From Azolla caroliniana (lineage: Eukaryota > Plantae > Polypodiophyta), in the NCBI GenBank assembly GCA_043228905.1, contig JBHGNT010000010.1:9238001-9302000 (forward strand): a stretch of 64,000 nt of DNA, given 5' to 3'. This document shows positions 1 through 10,945 of the stretch, one piece after another. The notes under the pieces were generated by a model. It was not told the origin of the DNA and ran no database searches. It worked only from the letters and a program-made list of their open reading frames with translations. The stretch's first letter is position 1. Every line of letters begins with the position of its first letter. Made by a program: the position numbers and the translations under genes.

Positions 1-399
1 AGGATTTTCTATGGTCTTCAATTTGTTTTACCATGGTGATCTGTTTGTTTCTTCCCTTTTCTGGGTTCAGGTGTGGATGTCTGCTACTGGATGCATTCTT
101 AAGGAATTATCCCATATATCTATGATAACTTTGCTTACGAGATAAGGAGTTTGCTATGGGAGCATTGCAAATCTAATAGAGAGATAGAGAGTGAGGAGGT
201 GGTGGGAATGTGCCTTAGTATGTGTCCAAGCACAAACATCTATTGTGGATGCTATTGTAAGAAAAAAGAAGAGGGAAACAAACCAGCAAATGTTGAGGAA
301 GCACATGCATGTTGATTCTTTGTGAAAAGTTTTAAAAGGAAAACATTGAATCTGGAAGAGGGAATGAAGGAATAAATCTGTTTTCTTTGTTTACTACAG

Positions 400-1219
400 T
401 TGTCTCGACAAGGCTGCAATGGTGAGCGAGGATGAAATCCCCAGCCTGACAAGCAAATGGCGATTATGTACCGTGTCACAAGTAGAGGAGCTAAAGTTGA
501 TTCTGGGTCTGCTGCCCATTTGGGCCACAACCATTATTTTCTCAGCAGTCTATGCACAGATGTCAACTCTGTTTGTGGAGCAAGGAGCCACAATGGACAG
601 ATCTGTTGGTAGTATGTTCGAAATTCCAGCAGCATCATTAACGATGTTTGATACATTGAGTGTGATAATATGGGTTCCAATATATGATGTTTTACTCATA
701 CCTATCGCTAGGATCTTCACGGGCCATCAGCAGGGGTTTTCGCAGATACAGAGGATGGGTATCGGATTGGTTATATCAATGTTCTCCATGGTGGCAGCCG
801 CCCTTGTTGAAATGAAGCGTTTGGAGTTAGCCCAAGAGTATGGCCTCCTTGATGACACCAGTATCCCCGTTCCTATATCTATATTTTGGCAAATCCCACA
901 GTATGTCTTAGTGGGGGCTTCTGAGGTGTTTACTTTCATAGGGCAGCTGGAGTTCTTTTATGACCAGTCACCCGATGCAACAAGGAGCTTGTGTGCTGCC
1001 CTGTACCTTCTTTCCACAGCACTTGGTAATTATCTCAGCTCCTTCATTCTCTTTATTGTTACAAGTGTGACGGGTGATCCTGGATGGATCCCTGATAATC
1101 TCAATATTGGCCATATAGACTACATTTTCTGGTTGTTGGCTGGGCTGAGCATAGCAAATTTCTTTGTTTTCTTGCTTTTCGCGCGGTCTTACACTTACAA
1201 GAAAGTTAGCAAGATATAA
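400..1219 (+). CDS. Terminal exon of an NPF (NRT1/PTR) nitrate/peptide transporter, NPF8/PTR-like; upstream exons lie outside the window
   Basis: Acceptor ttttctttgtttactacAG ends at 399; frame reads CLDKAAMV...WRLCTVSQVEELK...LLPIWAT...QRMGIGL...WQIPQY...GQLEFFYDQSPD...WIPDNLN.GH.DY.FW, the standard NPF C-terminal half; stop at 1217-1219. Confidence 0.93.
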
Positions 1220-2099
1220 AAATTAGCATGACTCAAAATGGATAGCCGGCCTCCAAATGGAGTCAAGAAATTTATATTACACAAGACTTGAACCCTTCTT
1301 CATTTGGAGAATGTATCCTAATGATGAACTTGTTGACTGTACAGATACATTATTTGATTTTTTCCAAGCTTAGCTTGATGCTTTTAACTTTGTCATGATC
1401 AAAAGACATGTATAATATGTTGCGATCATATTTGTGTAGTAGTAGTTTCCCTAGATTGTGCATTGTTAGAAAATCGATATATTAACGACAAAATGACATC
1501 AAATGTATCCTTGTATTGGCTTGTATCCAAATCTAGATAATATTATTACAATTTCTTGTTTGGGTTCCCTCACACCATCCATAACCATTTAGATAATCAA
1601 AATATTAGGAAAGATATATTGCATCCACTGAATCATCATTGTACATGGTCAACAATAGAAGGCAGCACATTTTGAAACTATTTGCTACAATTTTAGGAAA
1701 AACAATGCAGCCATCAAGGACATGTCTCCATTGTAGAAAGTAAACAGAGAGCTAAGTTTGGTAGAAGATTAAACAAGACCAACTTTCCATGAATCATGCA
1801 TGCCCTTGGAACTCTACATACACTTCATGGAAAAACACTATAAGAGGAACCTTGAGTTGCTATAATTCTATCCCAACATGGGATTTTATCATTAAAATGG
1901 TGTGGAAGCACATACTCCCCTTTATCTTCATTTTGACACAACCTTTATTAGTTGAGGCTAATAATATTGATTGTGTATGCTTCATCTCATCCCTAAGCAA
2001 GCATTTTAGACTTTAAAAATGGTACAATTTTTAATACAAAAATTGAAGCAATGGAATACACTAGTTACATTTTTAATATTTTTGAGGCGAAAAAGGAAA

Positions 2100-3430
2100 T
2101 GGAGGTAATATAGGGGTGTAACAGTAGATGAGGGCTCAACTACGATCAACCTAATACTGAACTTGCTTGGCTCAGTCAACGCATCCTATGGAACCCACGT
2201 ATCAGAGATAAATTTGGTCAACACATTGGATCAAGTAAGGAGTTGCCATGGGGATACATTGCGAAAGGTCCAAGATAGAGTATAGAATGTTGGAGACGGT
2301 ATATGTCAATGCTAGTACAAGATAAAGCTAACATATTCCATGGAATCAGGGCGGAGGGACTATGAGATACGAAATCATTAACGCTTTATTGCTTAGGGAA
2401 ACGGCTAATCATAGGACGACAATGGAGAAGTGCATAGGCTACGAGGAAGAGGGTTCTTTGATCCCAAGAGGTAGGGAAACACTGGACAAGATCAAAGGCC
2501 ATAAATTGCGAGACAATGAGACACCAACATTGGATATGGTAATTCGAGTACTCTCATATACTAGTCATAAATGGATTGTAGATCCCAATTTGATCAAAGT
2601 ATAGCCAAAATGGCACATGGTTGTGTAAAGTCAGTTGGATCCCTTTGCAATGGACGTGGTGCGATCCTTATGCGAATCAAGAAAGCAAAGCCATCCCTTT
2701 CTTCCAATTCACGACTAGATTGGCTCGCCACATTCTAGCCGCTCAAATTGCCCGAGAGCCCGCTGTTGCAAAGGTTTAGCACACATTATGTTCCTCACAC
2801 AATTATCACCAAGTTTTGAAAAAAAATCTGGAAACAACATGCAACGCGAATTACCACGTTCAAATGGTTATTAATACATAAATAACTACCGGTTGGAGCA
2901 TGGCAAGGTGGGACCCTTAACTCTCCTAATTGTGTAGTGTGCTCAAATGCAACAGAATCAATCCGACATGCTCTATGGGATTGCCCAGAGACCCATCGAA
3001 TATGGCGGGGGGTTGGCCACCTATTGCAATTATGTCAGGTGCAAGGCACAATCAAGTGGGGCAATGTATGTTGGCTATCATGGCAGGCCCTATATGATAG
3101 GTACGAGCATCAAGACGAGGTGATAAAAGCACAAGAGGTTTTGTTTTCCACCACAATATCTACTCGACTCCTATCATTGCCAATTCTCAAGTTGTGTTGG
3201 AATTGGTTAGCCCAATAACTCTTTGGATTTTATGGAAACAACAATGTAGATGGGTCTTCTCCAACCAAATTGTGCATCCAATAATGTTAATGCAAGAGAT
3301 ATGGAGTGAAGTTGTAGCCACTCTAAAGGGCCAATACGATGGCCTTAAGGGCGGCTCCGATGCAATTGAAAGAAAATGACTAGCCTTCATCCAACAATGG
3401 TTGTCCTCTCCCTTTCTTGAGTTAGTGGGT
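2100..3430 (+). mobile_element. Decayed 3' fragment of an L1-like LINE ORF2 (zf-RVT region); left boundary approximate
   Basis: Broken frames read TFKWLLIHK*LPVG, C-x2-C-x4-ESIRHALWDC, WILWKQQCRWVF, typical of plant LINE C-termini. Confidence 0.72.
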
Positions 3431-3952
3431 TGTTAGCCAGTCGACCGAGCTAGTAGGATACAAAAGTCGAAAAGCTAGTAATCGTAGTCGTAGTCGTAGT
3501 GGACAAGTGTGAAAAGGAATAGCTGATCGAGTATTAATACCAAGTAGAAAAAATAGGAGAATTAGTTATAATGGTAGGATCTTGCTGAATGGCAGTTGTA
3601 ACATCTTGATGGATCCTCTTAGATCGCCTATAAAAAGGGATCGAGATCATTGTAACAATATCGATTTGTATTGCAATACTTTTTAATATAATTTTGTTAG
3701 TTAGAGTATGTTCAAGGTATTGAATTGTTATTCTATGTATTGAATTTATGTTACTCTATAATTAAAACTTACGGTCGATCGCTATTATAATGGAATTAAG
3801 TATCGTAATTCGACAATATATTTTTTCTTGATTGTGTTAAGTGATTATTTAACACAGTCGATCGATTCCTATCTCCAACCACAATGCTCTTTCATAGAAC
3901 GATTCTGTAAGAGAGTTGTTCGACACTTTGTGTTGTCAGCAAGAACAAAGCA
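3431..3952 (+). repeat. 5' LTR of element A (3' end approximate)
   Basis: TG start, CCTATAAAA TATA box, aligns to 25284-25809, followed by PBS-like sequence. Confidence 0.75.
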
Positions 3953-4056
3953 AAATTTGGCACGCTCGGTTCGATCTGTCAGAGATAACAAACGGAGAAT
4001 GGATGTCACCCGATTGACATATCGAAGATCAATCTGTAGGAAGCAAATGACCACGC

Positions 4057-5009
4057 TGTCGCGAAGATTGTGGTTGTGTGTCGCAACCGCCGGGGTTTTG
4101 TGATTCGGGGATGATCGGGGTGAAAACGTGTAATCGCAGATGGTGCGATGACAAGACGTCGAGAAGGCAAGATAAATGTGACGTCGTTGCGAAAAGAATT
4201 TTACTTGTAAAACAACCACTTACAATATTTATTTGCCAAAAGTTACTTGGCAAGACTTAAACTCACAAACTCTATATGAGAAGAAGCGTTTGAGATAGAC
4301 CACTTCAATCTCTTTGGTTTTTATTTATGTGTCTTTGTCTTTCACTTTATATATACTAAATTTATATTACAAAATTTGATTACCAAAAGAAGTTATTTGA
4401 AGAGGATTCGAACTCACGACCTTCTGTTTAAAAAGAGGCGTTTGAGATACACCACTTTAACTTCTTCCTTTTCTTGTATCCACTTTCTTTTCTTTAACTC
4501 TTGTCTTGATTTATGCAGGCCACCATATTCTTTGGTGAGCTTTGCATCCCATACCCACGCGAGCTTCTTCACTCGCTTTTCCTTCTCTTCCTTCTCCTTC
4601 TCTTCCCCTCCTTTAGCCACCATAGGCGTGGCTTATATAGGGTGGTCAACCGCCCTACCACCCTCTTGAGGCGGTTGACAAACCGCCTCATGCAAGGCGG
4701 TTGTATTTTTATTTTTATTTTATTTTATTTTATTTTCTTTATTTATTGATGCTACAATTCAATTTTATAGTTCTATATTTAAGAAATTATAGAAATAACC
4801 CTTATTTAATTTTGACTCCCCCTTTTGACATAATTACATTTTTGTCCCAAGTAACATTAATCCTTCCGAAGCTTGTATCTTGGGCTTTTGAACTCCGATT
4901 CACGAACTGAAAATTCCTTCATGCTCCTTGTCATAAGCTCGAGATGGGAAATGTACTTCTATAGATTTTTGACATTGTTTTCACATCGTGAAGTGTCAAC
5001 TTCACGACA
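4057..5009 (-). repeat. 3' LTR of element B
   Basis: Direct repeat of 16442-17394; adjacent to PPT. Confidence 0.95.
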
Positions 5010-5045
5010 CCCACCCCCTCTGAACTTGCACACCTATGGGCGAGT

Positions 5046-6923
5046 TCACACTACTTCATTTTGATCCTCTTCGAAAAATTCTTCATCCTCATTTTCTATG
5101 AGACTAGGTTCGATGTCTTCTCTTCTTTCAAAAATCTTTATTCTTTTTCCCGCAATCGGTGTCTGGATCTCAGTCCCATCCAACTCATTCAGGTAGTAGG
5201 TAGCCTTATCAGTCACCTTCCGTACTTCATAAGGCCCAAACCACTGTTTTGCGAACTTCCTCATTGTACTATATTGGTTCTCGAGGCTACTATCCAGTAC
5301 CAACACCCAATCTCCTTCTTGAATCTTTCGTGGTCTTAATCTATTTACTTTGTCAAATCTTGCTTTGTTCTTTATTCGAGCTTCCTTCAATTTCTCAGTA
5401 GCCTTTTCTACATCTTTTGCTTGACATTGTAGTTGTCGGATACGAACTGCTAGCAAGTCTTCTCTACTCATCTCTGACTCCCATGGTAGCATTGCCCATG
5501 TAGCAATCTTCTCTTCAATCGGCATCATTGGCCTTTGTCCTGTCATGTGCTCTATCGGCATATATCCTGTCACCGAACTATGTGTGATCCTATCCGCCCA
5601 CAATGCATATGGTAAGACCTTTGGCCAATTACCTACTTTTCCTTTACATGCTTTTGCAAGTGCTTTAACTATCGGGCTATGACCTCTTTCTATCTTTCCA
5701 TTTGCCTCAGGATTATATGCTGTGGTCAATGATAACCGAATTCCAATTCTATCAAAGAACTCTCTTGCTTCATCAGAATTGAGCTCACCTCTATCAGCCA
5801 CTATCTTCCCTATACACCCATACCTACATATTACATCCTCTAATATGAATTGACATACTACCAATGTGGTCTTTGATCTTAGTGCTCCTCCTTCAACTTG
5901 ATTTGTAAGGTCTTCTCTAACAAGTACCAAGAACTTCTTTTGACTTGCCCCCATTGGCATTGCCACTATATCAACCATCCACTTGTAATATATATTCGGC
6001 GAATAGGTTGGGTGCAACTCATCTCTATGCTTAATGTTGGAGTAGATTTGACAGGTTGGGCATGTCTCAACATACCTCTTGATTTCGTTGTAGAATCCTG
6101 GCCACCAATACTTTCCTTTATTTTACTAAATGTTGCCCAGACTCCACGGTGTCCAGCCCACTCCCTATCATGTAATTCCTTTAATATCTGCTCCCGCTGC
6201 ACTTGGTCACAGATAACCCATTGTGGATTTCCCATTTTATACTTTGGGTGCTCCCAAAGGTAACCTTGGTGCAAGAAAAATCAGTGTGCCTTCTTTCGAA
6301 AATTTGAGAAGTTTCTCCCACTCCAAGTTCCTTCCTTCCATGGTGCTTGTAGATACTTCCCGATTTCCTTAAACTCTTCATTATACTCTTCTTCTTTAAA
6401 CTCATGTTCTTCATGTGGCTCACCCCCTCTAATTTCATTTATGACCAAAACTGATTCTTCTTCGTTGCTATCTGATTCTGCCACTTCTTCTTTTTCATAT
6501 TTTGCTTTGGATAACATATCAACCATTGCATTCTTCTCACCAGATATATGTCGAACATCTGGGTTGATGGTTTTGATGTAGATACACCACCTAAGCATTG
6601 CTTGATCTAGAATATTGCAATTTGCAATAATCCCTAGAATTGGCAAGCAATCTGTCTCCACAATCACCTCAGCACCAACCAGATAGTCCCTATCCGTCTT
6701 GATAGCAATGATTATCCCCCAGAGCTCTCTCTTCACTTGCGCATACTTTCGTTGACGTCCGCTAAGTACCTTCGCACCAAATCGAATTGGATGTCTTTCT
6801 CCTTCCTCATCTTGTTGGCTTATTACCTACCCGATTCCAATCGAACTTGAGTCAACTGTGAGGATTATTGGTTGGGTGTAGTCAGGTTGTTTCAATGCAG
6901 GAGCTTTCGCCAGATTCTCCTTC
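5046..6923 (-). pseudogene. Element B RNase H and integrase (frameshifted)
   Basis: KRELWGI...VETDCLPIL...NAMVDMLS (RH); LHD...AGHRG zinc finger; IVADRGE, YNPEANGKIERGH, WFGPY (IN). Confidence 0.92.
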
Positions 6924-7352
6924 TGTCAGGAATAGTACTAAAACAGAGATGGAATTAGTACTAAGAAGAGTAGTACTATTAGTACTAAGAGGACGGGACT
7001 GCGTAAGATTCCCGAGAGAGAGGAAGTGAGAAGAGGAGAGAGAGAGGGAAATAGGATGATGACAGCAACTCTTATATTATATGAAAGATAAGTACAAATC
7101 GACTAAGAGGCTTAAGACTGGTGTTGAACCAATTTGGTTCAACATAATGCTTAGTGCCTTCTTTTATAGTGTTCTCAGGAATAATCCTGAAGCTTCTAGA
7201 ATGTTCCAGAGAAATCTGGAATATACATTACTTTCTTATAATAAAACATAAATGAAAATAATATTCTATGAATTACAATAGATGGTGAGATGGTTAAGAG
7301 CTCGACCCATATACCATAAGGTCATGGGTTCGAGTCTTGCCATCTCATGACA
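6924..7352 (-). repeat. 3' LTR of element C
   Basis: TGTCA...TGACA; repeat of 12161-12589. Confidence 0.97.
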
Positions 7353-7363
7353 CTATCTCCCCC

Positions 7364-10300
7364 TTAAAGACGACGAGTGGAACGAGTCAGCGCTACTTGC
7401 GGACCGGGTTTGTCCGGATACTTTCGGTGGAAATCAGCAAGAAGATCTTGTGCATTGGCAACATTCTCGACGGGTTCCCAAGTACGTTCGCTCGGACTAT
7501 AACCGAGCCAATCGACCAAGTAATAGAGTTTGTTGCGAACAAGTTTGGAATCGAGGATGGCAGCAACTTCATACTCCGGGCCGGCGTCCAACTCCAGTGG
7601 GGGCGGCGGTGGTGTCACACGATCGGGAATGGTGTTTGCTTTATAAGGTTCAAGAAGAGAACAATGGAAAACCGGATGTATCTGAAGCTGCGGAGGGAGA
7701 TCAAGGCGGAAGGTGACATCATTAATCTTCCCCGTAATACGGAAAGGACCGAGTCGTCGATAATCCAACTTGTCGCACGGTCGAGTAGTCTTGATGTGAC
7801 GACGTAAGAGCCATACTCGATCTCCGATGGCAAAAGAGGAGGGAATCCGATGACGATCCGCATAAGTCTTCTGTGTGTGTTGAGCATGACGAAGGTGAGT
7901 AGAGAGATCCATCTGGATCTTGCGTAGCCTCTCCAAATGATCCTCGGCACGAGGGTTGGTAGGTAGCTCCGGAGTGTCGATCACCGACCAGCGAGGATGG
8001 AAACCGGTATAAGCGAAAAATGGGGAGACCCGAGTCGAGGAGTGAATAGCATTATTATACGCAAACTCCGCAAAGTGGAGAATCTCGGCCCAATCGTCCT
8101 GTTGATAACTCAGGAAACACCGGAGATATTGCTCCAGCGTTTGGTTTGTTCGTTCCGCCTGTCCGTCGGTCTGAGGATGGTAGCCGGAGGAGAGGTTGCA
8201 GGAGACCTTGAGCATCTTGAAGAGATGCTGCCAAAATTTGGAGACAAATTGCGGGCCTCGGTCACTGATAATACTGTCTGGGAGGCCATGATGCCGAAAA
8301 ACCTCACGCATAACAAGAGCGGCGGTTTCCTCGCTAGTGATGGCTTTAGTACATGGCACAAAATGTGCCATCTTCGTATATCGATCGACGACGGTTAGGA
8401 TAGCATCGAACCCTTTCGAGACCGGCAGATCTGTGATAAAATCAAGACAAATAGACTGCCATGGCTTACTTGGAATTGGTAAAGGTTCCAACAAGCCATA
8501 TGGATGGTGTCGTGGCATCTTTGCTCGGCAGCAAGCATCACAGGTCCGAACGTAGTCGTCGACAAAACGACGCATGTGGGGCCACCAAAAAGATCGCTGC
8601 ACTAGCTCCAACGTCTTAGTACTACCGAAATGTCCCGCCGTATGGGTGTCGTGACAATGTTGGACAATTTGAAGGCGACAGGAGCAATCGGGGACATATA
8701 TGCGCTTTTTAAAGAATAACAAACCATCATGATATTCGAATTGTCGGTAGTCAATACCTGGTTGTTGAGACTGAGAACAGGATGCCCGAGAAGTATCAAT
8801 GTGCGCCAGGATGTCTTGAGCAAAACTATCCGTCTTCAAGGTTGCACGTATGTCATCGGTAATCCGTGAATCCATCGGGGTGTGAAAAATCCGCGTCGTG
8901 TGCAATCGTGTTGGTCCCAAGATTACTTGCTTTTGATTATCAAATGTTGCTTCACCAGGACGAGGTGCAAGATATGAACGTCGTGATAGTGCATCTGCTT
9001 TTCCTTGCTGCTTCCCCGGTCGATATGTGATTTTGAAGTCGAAACGCGTGAGGAATTGCGCCCACCGAGCTTGCCGTCGATTTAGTACGCGAGCGTTCTG
9101 AAAATAAGCAAGATTTTTATGATCGCTGAAGACAATGACCTGATGTGGAGAGCCCTCTAAGAAATGCCGCCATTGTACAAATGAATCCACGATGGCTAAT
9201 AACTCCTTGTCATGTATTTCGTAGTTGATTTCTGCGACATCGAATTTGCGCGAATGGAAAGCCACCGGATGCAACTCTTCTTTATCACCTTGTTGAGAAA
9301 GGATGCTACCGAGGGCGAAATCTGATGCGTCGGCCTCCATGATGAATGGTTTGCTTGTATCCACATGAGCTAGAATCGGTGCTGATGTAAAGGCTTTCTT
9401 AAGATGCCGAAAAGCCATATCTGCTTCAATGGACCAAAGAAATGCTTGGCCCTTCTTCGTAAGTTGTGTGAGAGGTAAAATAATCTTCGAGTAATCTTGT
9501 ATAAACTTACGGTAGAAGTTAGCAAAACCTAGAAAACATTGTACATCTCGTACCAACCGTGGAATTTGCCACTCTAGTACAGTTTGGATCTTAGCTGGAT
9601 CCATGGCGATGCCCTTTGAGGAGATGACGTAGCCTAGAAATTCCACTTGCTTGCAGTCAAAGCTACATTTTTCTAGCTTGGCATAAAGACCATTCTCGCG
9701 GAGTCGCTTTAGTACTAATAGTACATGAGAGTCGTGCTCTTCCTGGGTCTTCGAATAAATCAACAGATCATCCAGATAAATGATCAAACAGATATCCAAG
9801 AGGTCTCTGAATATATCATTTGCCATGTGTTGGAAGACTGCGGGTGCATTGGTTAGGCCAAACGGCATAACAGTATACTCAAAATGCCCATACCGCGTGC
9901 GAAAAGCGGTCTTCCACTCATCTCCCGGTCGGATCCGCACGAGATTATACGCTCCGCGTAGGTCGATTTTAGTAAAAAACTTGGCACCATTAACTCGCTC
10001 TAAAAGACTTGATATAAGAGGAAGTGCATACCTATTCCGGATGGTGACTTTATTTAATCCGCGGTAATCAACGACAAGACGAAGTGAGCCATCTTTCTTC
10101 TTGACAAAGAAGATGGGTGCACCGGCCGGAGATTTTGAATGACGGATGAACCCGCTTGCCAAGTTCTCCTCTATGTAGGCTCGAAGGACTTCTAACTCGG
10201 TGGGTGACAGGTTGTAAATTGGTCCCCATGGTGGCTCGGTTCCTGGTTGTAAATCGATGGGACAGTCATAGGGACGGTGATGAGGAAGGGTACCGGCTTT

Positions 10301-10945
10301 TACCTTGTCAAATACATTGGCATAAGGATGATATTTTGCCGGAAGTTGTACTGAGGAGTCCTTCTTAATAGTGCTGGAAGGATGTACTGATATGGAAAAT
10401 AGGAACATTGCCTCCTTGGGTCCTTCTTCGCGTAGTTGATGGAGTGAAATGGTCGAAACTCGGCGAGTTGATTCTTGGGGTGGTCGATATCGGACTTCTC
10501 TTGTTCTCCAATCTATGGCTGGATTATGTAACTCAAGCCAAGGTAATCCTAGGACAATGGGATGCTCTGGACTACTAATTATATTAAATGATATTATACA
10601 CACAAAACTACCTAGGACAACTTGAATGGGTTCTGATTCTTCTACAATATTCCCGGAAGCAATGGGACGACCATCAAGGACCACTACAGATGCGGGACAA
10701 GGAAGTTTTCTTAAGGATATCTGAGAAGCTTGGGCAAAATTTCGATCCATGAAACAGGAATTAGCTCCGGAATCTAAAAGTGCTAGGACGGGTACTGGGG
10801 GAGTACTTTTAGTACTAACAATGACTTGGGCTAGGAACACATTGCTAACTTGCTTGGAAGGAATGGAACCACTAATGGGCTGTACAGATCTAGGGCTGCT
10901 GTCCAACCAAATGGCTCCTATTTTGGCTGGACTCAATCGTTTAAC
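7364..10945 (-). CDS. pol: Element C Pol (PR-RT-RH-IN-chromodomain), intact, in the -1 frame relative to gag
   Basis: LLDSGA (PR), IYLDDLLI (RT), EADASD and YEIHDKELLAI (RH), HHCC plus SDRGPQF and HPQTDGQAER (IN), GPF motif, YEVAAILDS...YLVDWLGY...TWEP (chromodomain); 1190-aa open frame. Confidence 0.96.
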   Translation of the reverse strand, partial: VKRLSPAKIGAIWLDSSPRSVQPISGSIPSKQVSNVFLAQVIVSTKSTPPVPVLALLDSGANSCFMDRNFAQASQISLRKLPCPASVVVLDGRPIASGNIVEESEPIQVVLGSFVCIISFNIISSPEHPIVLGLPWLELHNPAIDWRTREVRYRPPQESTRRVSTISLHQLREEGPKEAMFLFSISVHPSSTIKKDSSVQLPAKYHPYANVFDKVKAGTLPHHRPYDCPIDLQPGTEPPWGPIYNLSPTELEVLRAYIEENLASGFIRHSKSPAGAPIFFVKKKDGSLRLVVDYRGLNKVTIRNRYALPLISSLLERVNGAKFFTKIDLRGAYNLVRIRPGDEWKTAFRTRYGHFEYTVMPFGLTNAPAVFQHMANDIFRDLLDICLIIYLDDLLIYSKTQEEHDSHVLLVLKRLRENGLYAKLEKCSFDCKQVEFLGYVISSKGIAMDPAKIQTVLEWQIPRLVRDVQCFLGFANFYRKFIQDYSKIILPLTQLTKKGQAFLWSIEADMAFRHLKKAFTSAPILAHVDTSKPFIMEADASDFALGSILSQQGDKEELHPVAFHSRKFDVAEINYEIHDKELLAIVDSFVQWRHFLEGSPHQVIVFSDHKNLAYFQNARVLNRRQARWAQFLTRFDFKITYRPGKQQGKADALSRRSYLAPRPGEATFDNQKQVILGPTRLHTTRIFHTPMDSRITDDIRATLKTDSFAQDILAHIDTSRASCSQSQQPGIDYRQFEYHDGLLFFKKRIYVPDCSCRLQIVQHCHDTHTAGHFGSTKTLELVQRSFWWPHMRRFVDDYVRTCDACCRAKMPRHHPYGLLEPLPIPSKPWQSICLDFITDLPVSKGFDAILTVVDRYTKMAHFVPCTKAITSEETAALVMREVFRHHGLPDSIISDRGPQFVSKFWQHLFKMLKVSCNLSSGYHPQTDGQAERTNQTLEQYLRCFLSYQQDDWAEILHFAEFAYNNAIHSSTRVSPFFAYTGFHPRWSVIDTPELPTNPRAEDHLERLRKIQMDLSTHLRHAQHTQKTYADRHRIPSSFAIGDRVWLLRRHIKTTRPCDKLDYRRLGPFRITGKINDVTFRLDLPPQLQIHPVFHCSLLEPYKANTIPDRVTPPPPPLELDAGPEYEVAAILDSKLVRNKLYYLVDWLGYSPSERTWEPVENVANAQDLLADFHRKYPDKPGPQVALTRSTRRL

